In this document: positions 25,531 to 39,479 of the stretch, one piece after another
Layout: each line of letters begins with the position of its first letter
Position numbering within the stretch: the first letter of the stretch is position 1
Assembly: GCA_964247055.1 (NCBI GenBank)
Contig: OZ176054.1
Span: forward strand, 6,014,001 to 6,078,000
DNA from: Paragordius varius
Taxonomy: Eukaryota; Animalia; Nematomorpha
Length of the DNA stretch: 64,000 nt
Direction of reading: 5' to 3'
Program-made: the position numbers and the translations under genes
Notes under the pieces: generated by a model
What the model was told of the DNA's origin: nothing
The model's input: the letters and a program-made list of their open reading frames with translations, nothing else
The model's database searches: none

Positions 25531-28372
25531 TGTATTTTTTAAAAAAGATATATTTGTTTGTTTAACACGGTTTAGCTTGAGATTATATTTCTAATGGTAA
25601 AAATATTTTAACTCTTTATAAATCTTTTCAATTTTTTATCCCCGATGACATATTAAGGTAGTTTTATCCAAGCTCAATCTTGTAAATAAAGTACCGTTTG
25701 AAAGTAATTTTAGGTTTTTATTAAACATTATTTTCCTGTATTAGAGAAAAATATATTTTTACAGTTTTGTAATTTTTAGAGTCTAAAATTAGGACAGCTC
25801 CAAAAGACGATTGAAATAAACAGCTGATTTAAAAATCTATATATATATATATCAAGTTTTTTGGAAAACAGCATGCACCTTAAAACTTTACGAAAGTTAA
25901 TTATTTATATAACCATAATATACATTAATTTGCCTAAAGAAATAAACGATAAAATGGCGGTTAAGTTTGATATTAGGATTTTTTCTACAATTTACATTAT
26001 TTTAAACCTTTTTTGCATTATGCGCCTTAATGACTATAGAAAGATATTTGCAACGGCCTAATTACCTTGATTACTTTTTAAAACTTTGAAATTTCGATTT
26101 GCTTTGGAATATAAAACTACCTCAAAGGTCAAGAAGTGTTAATAAGAATACAAAATCATTCATATACTTTTACTTAAAATTCTATCAATTTTTTCAACTA
26201 GGTTTTTGGGAAATACCCGGTATTTAAAAAGCAAATGCCTAAATTTCTAACTTTTATTATTTAATTAATTTTGAAGTGAGTCACCGTGAATATTTTAAAA
26301 CAAAGTGAAATTAAAAATTACGAGATTTATTGGGTAGTCGTCATTTCAAATGCTTTCATCCTTTTGTTATTATTATTTTCTCCGGTTTTGTCACCACATA
26401 ATATTAAAAAAGCGCGGATGAAATGGTTTCTGTTTCCAGGTTTTTTTGCGAAATTTTTTTATTTTGATTCCATTGCATGTTATGGATCAAACGGTTTCAT
26501 TTAACAGTTATCTTAGGCTTTTATAGAATGAGAATAGATAGCCGAAATATATTTAAGTTTCGAATGATTGTATAGTAATTTTTTCTGGAAAATGGAAAAA
26601 ATCATATTTTATAATTCAGATCAATATGAATAAAAGAATAATCATTATATATAAATATAACGATTTATTCTATTAACTGCGGGGTACCCTATAACCAATC
26701 ACCTCTCTCTAGGACATCAGTCATATTCATCGCTATTACAAAATATGAACCGTTTTTGATTTGTGGTTCCAAAAAAGGTTTTAAAACAGCTTATGGCACG
26801 GTTCCGATTCCAAAAACGATTCCACGAAGCCGGAAGAAAAACATTATTTATGATTTGGGAAGACGAAAATTAGATAAATGATGCCTACGATTGCATTGAA
26901 TTTGATCAAGTATGATGAGATGTTCGCTTCCCAAACGGTTCTAAAATTGGCTTATAGGAAGATGGATCTATCAAGCAATTAATTAAAAATATATAATTAC
27001 TAGTATATTTTTTTATAACGACTTTTCAAATTTGTAATTCCTATGAATATCTCTTGGACGGAAACGAAAAATATTGTAGGTGAGATAACTTGGAAATCTA
27101 CAAAAAATGGCGGAAATATTTAATTATTTTTAAAGTAATTAAATCATAAAAACGTAAATTGTTTAACTTGAAATAAAAGAAACTGATCATGGAAACTAAT
27201 TTAATTGGTTAGACATGGATAAAATATTAAATTTTCATGTATTATAGTATTTTCATCAAAACTGTTAATCTTAATTGAAGGCAGCTAAATTAAAATAGGT
27301 TTATTTTCCATTTTCTATTTTAAGTTTAGCCTCAGTAAGGTCGTCATATATAGTTTTGAGCCAACTTTTAAAGGGCCTCAGATTAGAGTTCATTGTGGTA
27401 AAAGCCATAATTAAGGTCCACGATGGGTGTGGCCAGCAGCCTATCTTAGTCTTTTGGCTCTTAGAAAGAGGTCAATAGCACTGATTTTGTTTTGTAGGGA
27501 TCAAACTGATCATATATAGAGTTTGGGATTACCACCAAAAAGCATTGTTTTAAAGCGCAAACACTGAACACTGTAAAAAACGCTTATAGAATTACAAAAC
27601 TATTTTAATCGACGAAAGGCTTATATAAATTCTTGTGGACAAGTTGGACACATGACATAATCTAAAACGATATATATAACGATAATAATTCATTTATTCG
27701 TAATTTAATCATCCATACTTATACATAAGATTATACATATATGTATTCAAGTATAAATATAATTTCATATATGCAACAAGAAAATGGCGATGCGATAAAA
27801 TATTTATATATGGAAGGAAATCAAAATATCATTCATTGTAATGAAAAAAAATAAAGAAAATAAAATCTTCCCACAATAAGGATTTTTTGTTATGCTTTAT
27901 GCACTGTAATAATAATTATTTTGTTGAATGTAATCATATTCTATTCTAAGGACAATTATGTGGGCACCGTCTGAAAAGTTATATTTATATATAAGGTATT
28001 TCACTGAAACTTGATATTTTATATAAAAACACAACGACATTGTGTTATATAATTAATTTATATTGGACCCTTGGTCAGAGTAATACGCGTTAAATTCATA
28101 AGATGTTTTAAAGAGGAAAAGAGGGGACATATATGGGGAAGGTAAAATGCGTCACATAATATTTTTAATATATTTTTTAAAACAAAATGATGTGAAATGC
28201 CATCATTTATTATTATTTTTCAGAGATATAATTTCAAAATATATTAAGGCGGCTATTTGCTATACATCTTTAATTTTTATCAGTTACACATGATGGTTTG
28301 CCATTCAAAAAATATGGCTCTCTTTAAACAATATATATATCACATGTTATTTTCCCAAAGAATCAAAATTTT

Positions 28373-31300
28373 TTATTGAGAACTATTGTTTGCCATATTA
28401 TTATTATTGTTGTTGTTATTTGTATTTGAATTATTATTGTTGGGCAGGTTTGCTGTAACACCGGTATTAATTGTAGTACTGCTAGCCCCTTTCCTCTCCT
28501 TAGGTTTGAGGTAATCATCATTGGCTAAATCAAAAATATTTGCTCTATCCTCTTTACGATATTGCAAACATTTTCGGATAAAAGCCTATCAATCAATTAA
28601 AATTAAATATATATAGATATATATTTTTAAAACTTAAAATTATATTAGACGGGGGAGTCCAACATAAATAGCTCTGTGGGCCGAGATTTAATCAGATAAT
28701 TTGTTTAAAAGATATCAATTTTAGTAGAATTTTGTAAGAATATTATGTAAATTATGGAACAAATTTTTCGCAGACCTAACATAATGTCTCAGAAGGCCGC
28801 GTGTGGACATAGAACAGATCCTAATATATGCACATTGTAGAAGTAAAAATGTCGATCAATGGTAAACGTAAAAATTAACATAAATGATATGCATTTAATT
28901 TTGTTGATGCAGAGTTAACCGAAATTTTTAATGTGTAAATACTAATTTTTTTATTATATTTGTTAAATGATTTGTTATTCAAGGAATATATAAGGCAAAT
29001 AAAAACTAACCTTAGCTTCAGCACTGACTAATGGTTTATTTGGAAATTCGACCTCTTTGGCTTTGAGTATAGTTTTTTCTTGTAAAATTGTCGCTTGACT
29101 TTGATTGTGACCAAATGGCTATCATATAAATACAAGTTTAATTTTTAGAAAAAAAATCAAATTGTGTTTGTGTACCTTTTTGCCATATAAACATTGATAA
29201 AAGATGACACCCACACTCCATACATCTACTTTGGAGGAAATTTTTGGCGGTATTTTACCAATTTCAAAACATTCGGGTGGTAGATACCTATAAAATTAAA
29301 AATGCAATATTAAACCTCCAAAATATAATTTTGAACAAAGTAAAATGTTAAAAAAGTACCACAATTTGGTACAAATGAAATAAAGAAATATTATTCTTAC
29401 CAATAAGTCCCAGCACCCTGAGAGGTTAAATCCATCTCGAGCGAAGTGTCAGGACCTTCGTTTGTCATAATTTTGCTTAACCCAAAATCGGTGATCTTTA
29501 TTTCACCACTAACGCTCCCACTTTGTAGCAATATGTTACCTACGATCACGATAAATGCATGAAACAATTCAATATATATAATCAACAAACAAAAGATATG
29601 AATCTCGCAATGTAAAAACTTTCAAGGAGGTATATACACGGATGATTTTACAGCCAATCAAATTTTTTTTGTGGTACAACCTCACCAAAAAAAATATAAT
29701 TTTAAATTCAAAATTTTTGTTAGCTATTATTAGGCATAAAAATGAAAAAAAACCGCACAAAAATGTTTTACCCCTCTAGGGGAAAATCAGCAAACACGCA
29801 TTTTATACGCTAAACACTGTTTTTACAGAATTTTTTTCTTTTTCTTCATTGTATTTTTAAGTCAGAATAAAATATACCTTTATAAAATATTAAAGTCTTC
29901 AATAAGGGATAATAAAAATTTCATCATATATTTATATAAAACGTTCATTAACCAATTTCAGCGGTTATACTTTTTTAATAAATATTTGCATATAAAAATC
30001 ATATCAAATTTAGTTTAAATTTTTATTTTATAGTAATAAGATATAGCACAAAAAAATCAAAAAAGTTCATTTGGCACAAAAAAGAGTAAGTTCACAAAAA
30101 AATCCGTAAGAAAAAGGTTTGATATAAAAAAATCAAATAAAGTAAAATAATACCGGGTTTTAAATCATAATGGATAATGGGTGGGCGTATATCATTGAGG
30201 TATTTGATAGCGCTTACGGCTTGTAAAACAACGTTCCTGGCCTCTCGTTCAGATATGGATTTATGTTGTTTCAAGTAAAAATCCAAATCATTTCCATCAC
30301 AGTATTCAAGAACGGTACAAAAACTATAAGAATTTTTTTATTAAATACGTTAATCTTTATGTAAATTATGATATAGTAAAATTTAAAAATAAATATTTCC
30401 GTCTGTTAATAAAATCGCGTTAGTAAATTTTAGGGAGACTAAATCGTTAATGAATGAAAGTGAAAAGGTATAATTAAATAGACATGATATAACATTAAAT
30501 CAAAAGTCATTAAATGGGAGGATTTAAGGCTTTAATCAAAATAATTCATGATTTTTAGGGACAAAATCAAAATTGTTAAAAATCTGAAGTTTAAATTTAA
30601 TGGCTATTGCTATGAAACAAGGTGTATATTTTGGACTTACATTATATGGGTTAAATAAATATATATAACCTTAAAGGAAGAAATCAAAAGCTAACTACAA
30701 AGATACACCAAAAACTACAAACAAAAAAGAAATTTTTGAAATTACAAATTCAAAAACTGTAATAAATTAGACACAGAAAAAAATAAAAACTTTAGGGCCA
30801 ATAAATATCATTTCGCTTCTGTTTTTCAAGAATAAAAACGCCTTATTCATCCAAAAAATCAAAATACGTTCAAAATTTGACGGTATGCAAAAATAAAGAG
30901 AGTTTGATATAACAATTAAAATACAAAAACATGCATGCATATAAAAATGGGTATATACGAATTATTGTCAATTTCGAAGACATCAAAGAGCTTAATAATT
31001 TTATCATGGTTTAAGCCCTTATGTATGTTGTATTCACGAACGGCATGTTTAATATAATTGGCTTTCTTATCATCCTTCCAATCCTTGTTGAGTTGATGGA
31101 TTTTACAGGCCACGTAACGTTGTTCAACCAAATCGTAGCCCTGAATTGGGAAACATACATAAAAAATAAGAGATTCTTTCAATACAAAAAATATGTTGCT
31201 AGTTGTTCATTCAATATTTATTGCCAGATATCATCTAGAGTTAAGAAAATTATTGGTTAAAAAGCAAAAAAGGGATAAAAATACATTATTTTTCACAAAT

Positions 31301-34300
31301 TTGCCAATATTATTTTTTAGTGTCAATGCTATCTGGCAACATTTAATAAAAAACGTATAATATTTTAGTTACATGGTGTATATATATAATAGAATTAAAA
31401 CCATACTATATAGATATTATAAAATACCTTATGAACTTCACTAAATCCACCCTTACCCAATAAATTGAGCAGTAAGTATCTTTCATTAAGTATCACATTG
31501 TCTTTAAATCTGTAGTAAATGATTTTATAGAATAATTAGTATAATAATAATTATTAACTTATATCATCAATAAAATTAAGCAATAAATAATTTTCTCAAA
31601 TAATATATTATTATTTTTATGTTAAAAAACATACCGGCTTTGATCCTCGTGATCAATGCGTTTAAGTTCCCGAACGTGGAGATTGCGTTCTCTTTCCAGT
31701 TTTTCGTAATCAAGCAACAAATCATTTTCCTCTTTTTTGAGTTGGAGTTGCCGAAGTTTTAGGATTTCTTCTTGGATATGGTAATCCATGGCTGTTAAAC
31801 TATTATATATTTAATAAAAATAATAATGAGAAAGTAAATAATAATTTAATAAGGGTATCATCTACTAATATAACTGAAAATAAGTTTTTTGAAATTTGTG
31901 CGCGGTTTAAAAAAAAATTTTTGTAAAGAAAAGGGTAAAAAAATTAAGTTTTGTAACTAGTAACCATAAAAACTTAAATAGTAGTCGGTCCAAAACTTAC
32001 AAGGATGATAAATAATTGTGTTTTCATATTGAAAAAATAATCAAGACTTAATATTAAATTTATATTTTAATTAGGGAGAAGATGAAGGATAAAAAGATAA
32101 ACTTTTATTAAAAAAACGTAGTTTTTTCTTTATTTAATCACTATCGGATTATAGAAGCATCAGATATAAACCATAGTTTCAAAGATATATATAACACGGC
32201 AAACTTTACAAACCGCTAAAATTAATACAAACAGTTTTACATGACAAAAAACTAGGATTTTATTTAAAAATGCGGTTAAAAAAATCCTTATGAGGGGAAG
32301 AGAAAAGAGTTTCACTGTAAATTACTATTAAGTAAGTGTGTTTATTTAATTTTTCATATAAAAGCATTATCATTGTTTTCTGAAACATTGATACAACACG
32401 CCAAACATTACACATCGGGTTTAATCTTAATTCAACATGACTAGTTATATATAAAAATAGCAAAATATAATCAATCAATTTGAATCGATATTATACTGTT
32501 TATGGTTTGCGTTAATGTTAGGAGGTGGTATAGGGGGAACAGAATTAGACTCAGGTTGGCCATACGGTGAGCTATTCATCATGTAATAATCTGGCATAAT
32601 ACCACTCGAATCAGTGGCAACGCTGCCCATAAGTGGGGAAACATTGTTTGCAGATGCGCCGGATAAATTTATCGAATAATTATTTACATTTGCATTTTCG
32701 TCCATTAATAAATGAGACGTGGGTTGATTCGAAGGTGACATTTGAGCTAAAATTTTAGGTTGTGAATAAAAAGTATAGATACAACGAATTTCACCCAAAT
32801 TTACAATATTAAAGCAGAATAGTTTTACAAAAGTAACTGTTTTGGATATTTTAACATATATCAAAAAAATGTTATCGGTTTATTTAATCTTAGGAAAATA
32901 GCCCATTTAAGAGGGGTCAATTTTCGGATAATATCACACCCAAACTATGATAGTTAACTAAAACTAATTTTCAATATAAATGGGTTTAATTTTCGTAAAC
33001 ATTATGTTTCATTATAGAAGATGGCTTTAGACACATTTTCCAAAAGTATTTTTTCAATTTTGCTCTTCCTTTCAAACCTTATATCACATTGATGTTAATA
33101 CGCAAATAATTTCAAAAAAATCAGAGTAATCACTGTTACTACTTAATATTAAAATATATCGTACAAATTCGAATAAAACTTACCCAAATTTTGCGAGCTT
33201 TTGCTTTGGTTTAACGAGTTTTGGGCAGAATAAGATGCATTCCTGGAGTGATGATGACTAGTATGTCCGCCCTCAATTAATGCCTTCTTTTTAGTCAGCG
33301 CTTTTTTCTGTCGCTCTAAATCCTCTTTTTCCACTGCAATTTCATTTGTGCGCCTACAATTGTAAAAAAAAATAATTTATATATATTCACAAAAATCTTT
33401 TGGCAAAACTTATTTTCGAACAAAAGTTTAATTAAGCAAAACTTTTTTGAGCAATTTTTTTGCACAAAAAACATTTTTGCATTTATTCGCTAAGTAATAA
33501 TGGACAAAATAATTGAATATTTTTTGTAAAACTATTTTGTAACCGTGCAAAAACTGTAACCATTGCCTATTGTTAAGTAAATATCATATATATTTTCAAT
33601 TTTTTAAGTATATATGTATTTTAAAACTTTATAAAATTTTGATGAGTTTTCAGATAAAAAGGGTTTATACCCAAAACAGAGTAAAAATCTTAGGTGAAAA
33701 CTAAAATACAAATATTATTATGATAACTATAACCTAATTTTGGGGTAGTAAAATAAGGAATAGAGATAATATTTACAAGTCTTAATTATATAGTTTATGT
33801 AAACCACGAGTTTAGGAAAAGATGGCTGTCCTTCTAAAAATTATTGGTTTTTTAGACTTTACGATTTTTCTTAAAATTTTTAATGTATATGCAAATATAT
33901 ACCTCATAAGATCGGTAAAAGCGTATCCTTCAGCCCAATTTTCAACGAAATTAACGCCCTGTCTTTGTGTAACAAATTGTCCCAATCTAAATCTATTTTG
34001 CATGCATCTTTGTCTAGATTCTTTTTTCTCAAGCGTAGACTATGATATATAATAAATAAAAGTAGTACTTATATATAGTTTAGTTTGAGGTAAAAACATA
34101 TAGGGTGTAGTTTCATATTTTATATTTCCAGATAACAACTAAAGTAAAGACAGCTTTATTATTGGCTAATAACAAGAAAAAGAAAAAAATAACTTAGGCC
34201 CGACAATTTTTTAAAGTACTAGCAATGCATTTTTTGTTTCAAAAATCAAATAGAATAAAGTAAACTGCACTTAAGTATGTAAATATTACCTTTTCAATCA

Positions 34301-37300
34301 ATAGTTTCTTTTTCATCATTGTACATTTGTTGAGAATGTCTTTTTGTCGTTCTATTTGTTCTTTAAGTGTTTGATTTGTCTTAGCCAATTCCGTATTATA
34401 TTGTGCGAGTTCATTATTAGTCTATTAATATTAAAACATTGTTAATTATTCTGGCAATTATTGTTTTTATGATTATACTGTAAAAAGATAAAATTACAAT
34501 TACCTACCTTTTTTAATTCTTCAATGATTGAATTTTTTTGTAACATTTCTGTTGTCCGATGTGTTTCGATTTGCCGCAATGATTCAATCGTTAAATCAGT
34601 CTAATCATTCAACAAATATAGTCACACCAATAATTAACTCTTAAATAAAACTCAACGTAAAACAAATCAAATTAACCCTAAAAATGAATTGTTTTAGGAC
34701 AAAATTAAAATTGAGATTACATATTTTTTTTACATTATCTGTTTTTCCAATCGAGTTTTACATTTAATTAAAAAATTTAGATTTTTGGTGTCAATGTGAA
34801 TATTAATTTAAATAGGTTTTTTTCATAAAAAAACCTTAATATAGTATAAAAACAAAAGAAAAATGATAACTTATGATAAAAACAAATGGAAATTGCTTGC
34901 TCCAAAACACATAATTCTCTTACAGTAAAAACAAAAATTAGAAAGTTAAACGTTAAAATCAAATAAATCTCTTTTTAATAATGTTTTGCCAATTTACATC
35001 CATATTCTCTATTCAACCCAAAACGGTAGTAATATATATATTTAAATTATTGGTCGTTTATTTGGGTTTTGTTTTTACGTATTTTCAATTTTAATGTAAT
35101 TTTCTGTGCAAGATAGTTCAATTAGAGTATAAAAACAAAATATCTACCTGAACTGTTTTCATCACTAAATTTATGGGTGAAGTTTGTAGAGTGGTAGGTA
35201 AAATTGTTGAAATACTATTAGGAGAGATTAATGCAATATTATTATCCAATTGGGTATTATTATTATTATTATTATTGATATTGTGGCTTATGTTTTTATT
35301 ATTGCATGGTGTCAATGTATGAATACTAGTAGCTAATTTACTGCCATTTGAATTATTATTTTTTGAGCTTGTTGATTTAGAAGAAACTGGTTGTTGTATT
35401 TTAGAATCAACCACCATATTTTGTAGATTAAAATTAGCCATTGCTTTCGTTACAACAGTAGTATGGGATAAATTGGTGAGATTTAGGGGTCCATTCTGAT
35501 TATTAATGTTATTGACCGAATAATTATTGTTTAAATTGCTGTTGGCGTTAGTGATTGATGAAAGTGAACTGCTAGAATTGGAATCTAAGGCAAAGATAGC
35601 GAAAAATATTTTTATAGATATATAAAACATATTAGAAATGTAAATCATTAACACAATCAATTATACATTTACTATTGTAATCATTTGAATTATATGGAAA
35701 CATAGCTAAATTTTTAAAAAATTGTCTTTTGGTTAAGGTGTAAAGTCAAAAAAATAAAATTACTTTTGGGTGTTTGTGAGGATCCACTATTAGAACTAAT
35801 CACTGGAGGCAACGTCATGTTTCCTCCTTTATTTAGAGCAGCATTGGATTTTTGATTCAAAGAGGCAGTTTCTAAATTAAATTTAAAATATATCAAATTA
35901 TTTAATATTAACAATTGACTAATATCACTTTTAAAACAAAAAATATAAGAATATACAAGAGCCATATTTGTAAATACCAAATCGTTAATGTTTTGTATAA
36001 ACTTTAAAAAATTCCATGTAAAGGTAAAGTTAACAAAAATATCCAAAAAATAGAAAATTGTAATGAAAATACAAAGGATATGTGAAACCCTTGGTCCAGG
36101 ATAATCGCAGACTAGTTTGCGCTCATTAGTAACGTGATACTATGTGAAAACTCCAAGTCAAATACTTTAATGGAAATTAACAAGCATGAAGTCTACGATT
36201 CCTACCAAATTTTAGAATAATTCTTAATTTTTGTGCATTTATCCAGAGGTGAGGAACCAAAACAATGGAACCGGAACATAAAATCGTGAAAAAAGTTTAG
36301 TGCAAAATCATTTGATTCGAAACAGTGTTTTCAAATTGAGTCGGAAACTAACCGTTTTCATTTCTAATTTCAATCCTTAAAACTCATTACATTCAAGCGT
36401 ATTTTTTCTTAACCGCTCCCTCTGAAAAAGTGAGTTTTAACTTAAACATATTTCAGCATCTGACAACAAAATAAGGTTAAAATTAAAATGGTAAAAACAA
36501 AATGAAAAAACTAAAAAAACTTTTATATAAAAAAAACATAATTTTTGATCCTTGATTTTATAAATACTAATTATATAATAGCAATGTAAATATAATTAAA
36601 TGCCCGTTCTTTATTTTGCAACCGAAAAAAAGTAATATTAAATCAGATTCAAAATATTTGGTTGTCCAAAAAATAACAGTCTTTTGGTTAAGTTTGAATA
36701 GTAAATATATATAATATTATAAAACCTTTTCGATTATGATGATAATGGTTTCTAACTGTACTAACAACACCATCTGCGCTATTGGGGATATTTAAGGCCG
36801 TTACGGATGACTTATAATTTTGATTTATCTGTCCAGTGGTTGTGGAACTCGACATATTGATATTATTGGCAGAAGTTCTATTGTTGGTGATATGATCTGA
36901 TTGTTCATCATTAAGTTGATGATTGAAATTGTTTAAAGGGGCGGTGAGTGGAGAATCTTGATGAACCGCTTGGAAAAGGTAACCCGAATTTGGAACGGGG
37001 TATAAGGGTTGTGGAGAAACAATATTTTGCTGTAAAAGATATAGAGTAAAGATAAAGTATTAAATTAATCGAATGTATATATTTTATCAAATATTTAAAA
37101 ATAAACCGTGTTTGATTTGTTAATGTGCTGTTTTGGACTATTCTGATGCTAAATATTAAATTCAAAAAGAATACCTTAAAATAATCATTGATTTTTCTAG
37201 CATTTATTTCAACTTGTTGAACGGAAATATTTTTATCTACAGCATAAAAATAATTAAAAAACTTTCTTCATGTGATTTATCCACCCGCCGTTTTCTTTTT

Positions 37301-37644
37301 CTTTCTGTCAAAAATTGTTTATCCTTATCCTATTATAAATAAAAAGTTATACATTATCTGAAACTAAGGTAGAATTAAGATCCTTTCCTATGCTAGATTC
37401 GGTACTGGCAGCACTTTGGTTGGAATCTGTGGTAACAGTATTATTGGAATAAGGTTGAGAATAGCTTGAAGCAGGTAATATAATAGAATTTGGCGATGTT
37501 GATAACTCGGATGTAGGATTAATCATACTGGATGAATTATGACTTAAATTCTATAAAACAATAAAATAAAAATACTTTTGTGCCTAAGAATCTAGCTTCT
37601 AACAATTCTTGCTTTCTAGGATCTATACTTTGAAAATCATTCAT
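28373..37644 (-). CDS. TLK: Tousled-like serine/threonine kinase (1065 aa, 20 exons)
   Basis: Exons 37644-37576, 37550-37353, 37329-37263, 37236-37175, 37029-36726, 35871-35764, 35584-35148, 34600-34508, 34421-34290, 34039-33903, 33353-33184, 32746-32497, 31799-31635, 31509-31428, 31140-30959, 30323-30154, 29539-29401, 29287-29176, 29118-29011, 28585-28373; 3198 nt. Motifs [67 protein letters not shown]. Confidence 0.96.
36077..36164 (-). repeat. Second, degenerate copy of the hammerhead-bearing repeat, inside TLK intron 5
   Basis: GATATGTGAAACCCTT...TAATCGCAGACTAGTTT..CTCATTAGTA matches 16517-16582; stem II is deleted. Confidence 0.7.
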
Positions 37645-38800
37645 AATTTTATTTTTGATAAAAAAAATCAGGCATTGGCTATTTATGTATATTTTTAACA
37701 GCTGAAAACAAATGCAACAATATGTAAATTTTATTTCTGATGAGAATTTATCAAATATATTTATAATATATTTGTATATATCTAAAATAATTATAAATAT
37801 TAAATTATATATGATAACAAAAATATTAATATATAATTTTTTTTATTGAGTATGGCAATATTTAACCCAGCAGTATGTCAGATTTTATAAGATTGTTTTA
37901 CAATAAGCAATGAGTTTTTTTATGCGGCTATTGCTAAACAAAATACCTATATATATAAATCTCAAATAGCATTTATAATTAAAAATGAGTGAATAACTTA
38001 AAATTTATTACGTGAAATTTAAATGTAACTATAATTATATTTTGTGTCATACAAATCATGAAAAAATTACGTGCATCAAATCGGAAGATTTAAAAATATC
38101 ATGAGGAGTTAAAATTTCTATGACAATATAACAGGATTATTATGTGATTTTGATTTTCAAACTTACGAGTGATATGTCCATAATAGCAAAATTTGCGCAC
38201 ATATTGCTAAATATATTATTTTCATAAAAGCTAAATTCTTTTTTCCAAAATATATCTTAATGTATCGTAAACTTTTAATATAAATCTTTAAATCCGAAAG
38301 TTTCAAATTTTCGAAACCCGTCCAAAACGAGCAGTTTCTACTCAAAATTGTGAAATAAATTTTACCATAAGGACTCGAAAATATATTAAATTTTAAATAA
38401 TAAAAAAGATATAGAAAAAATTTAAAAATTTATAAAAATTGTTTTGCTTTTATGTAGTTTATAATATATTTTTAGGTGAGATTTTTGGGAATGAAGCATT
38501 TGACTTCCACCAAAAAATTATGTTTAGCACTTCACCACTTATTGGGATAGCTTTATAATTAGGAACAATTTAAAATTTGATTAAATTAATAAGTAATTAA
38601 GGTATCAGCCCAAATTTAAAAATATGGTTTCACCTTTTAGGCGTATTCAAATAAAATCTTAAAAATAAAGTGTAAAAAATCATCAAACTTTTTTGGGGCC
38701 ATTTCTCTATTTTCAGAGCTAATTCAAAGTCAAATGAATCCATATGGTAGAAAATGTAAAAGAATAAATAAGCTTTCAGGCTATATTTTTCGCAAAAACT

Positions 38801-38802
<2 letters not shown>

Positions 38803-38856
<54 letters not shown>
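38803..38856. repeat. (AT)27 microsatellite; shorter AT tracts at ~9982, ~10435, ~15886, ~17581 and ~43141
   Basis: Read directly from the sequence. Confidence 0.95.
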
Positions 38857-38858
<2 letters not shown>

Positions 38859-39479
38859 ATAAATATTAGCTCTTTGTTTCAATCGTGTTATCATGTTGAA
38901 AGACTCTAGAAGGTATAAAATTTTAAAAATATATATATTTTATCTTATACACATAGAGGAGAAAAATGTTTGATAATCTAAATTTAACTAAAGGAATTTT
39001 CGAAACAGTAGTATTTATTTGAAAATTAAGCTGTGGAATATAACAATGTCATCGCGGGAAAAAAATGAAAATGTAATGAATTGTCTCCTCTAATCAAAAT
39101 AATGTTTAGAATCAAATATAACTCCGGCTAACAAATTATCTAACGGTTAAGGTATATTTTGAAACGATGGCAAATACACTTTACCCCAAACATAACACAA
39201 TTCTTGACATTCATTTTTAAATCTCAAAGCAATACAATAAGAAGTAACTACACTCATTGTATCAATATTAACAGTTAGGTCAAACTATCCAGAAAACTAT
39301 GATGTGTTAAATGACAATAGTTAAAAAATTGATTCTGGTCCAATCAAAAATATTTCTATGTAGTTTTTAGCGGTTCCAAATGTAAATTAATTTTAAGGAG
39401 ATATGATATCGAGTTTGCACATAACCATCTATTGTCAAAAAGCTTTGCATATTTACATCGAGTGGATCTTAACCTACAA

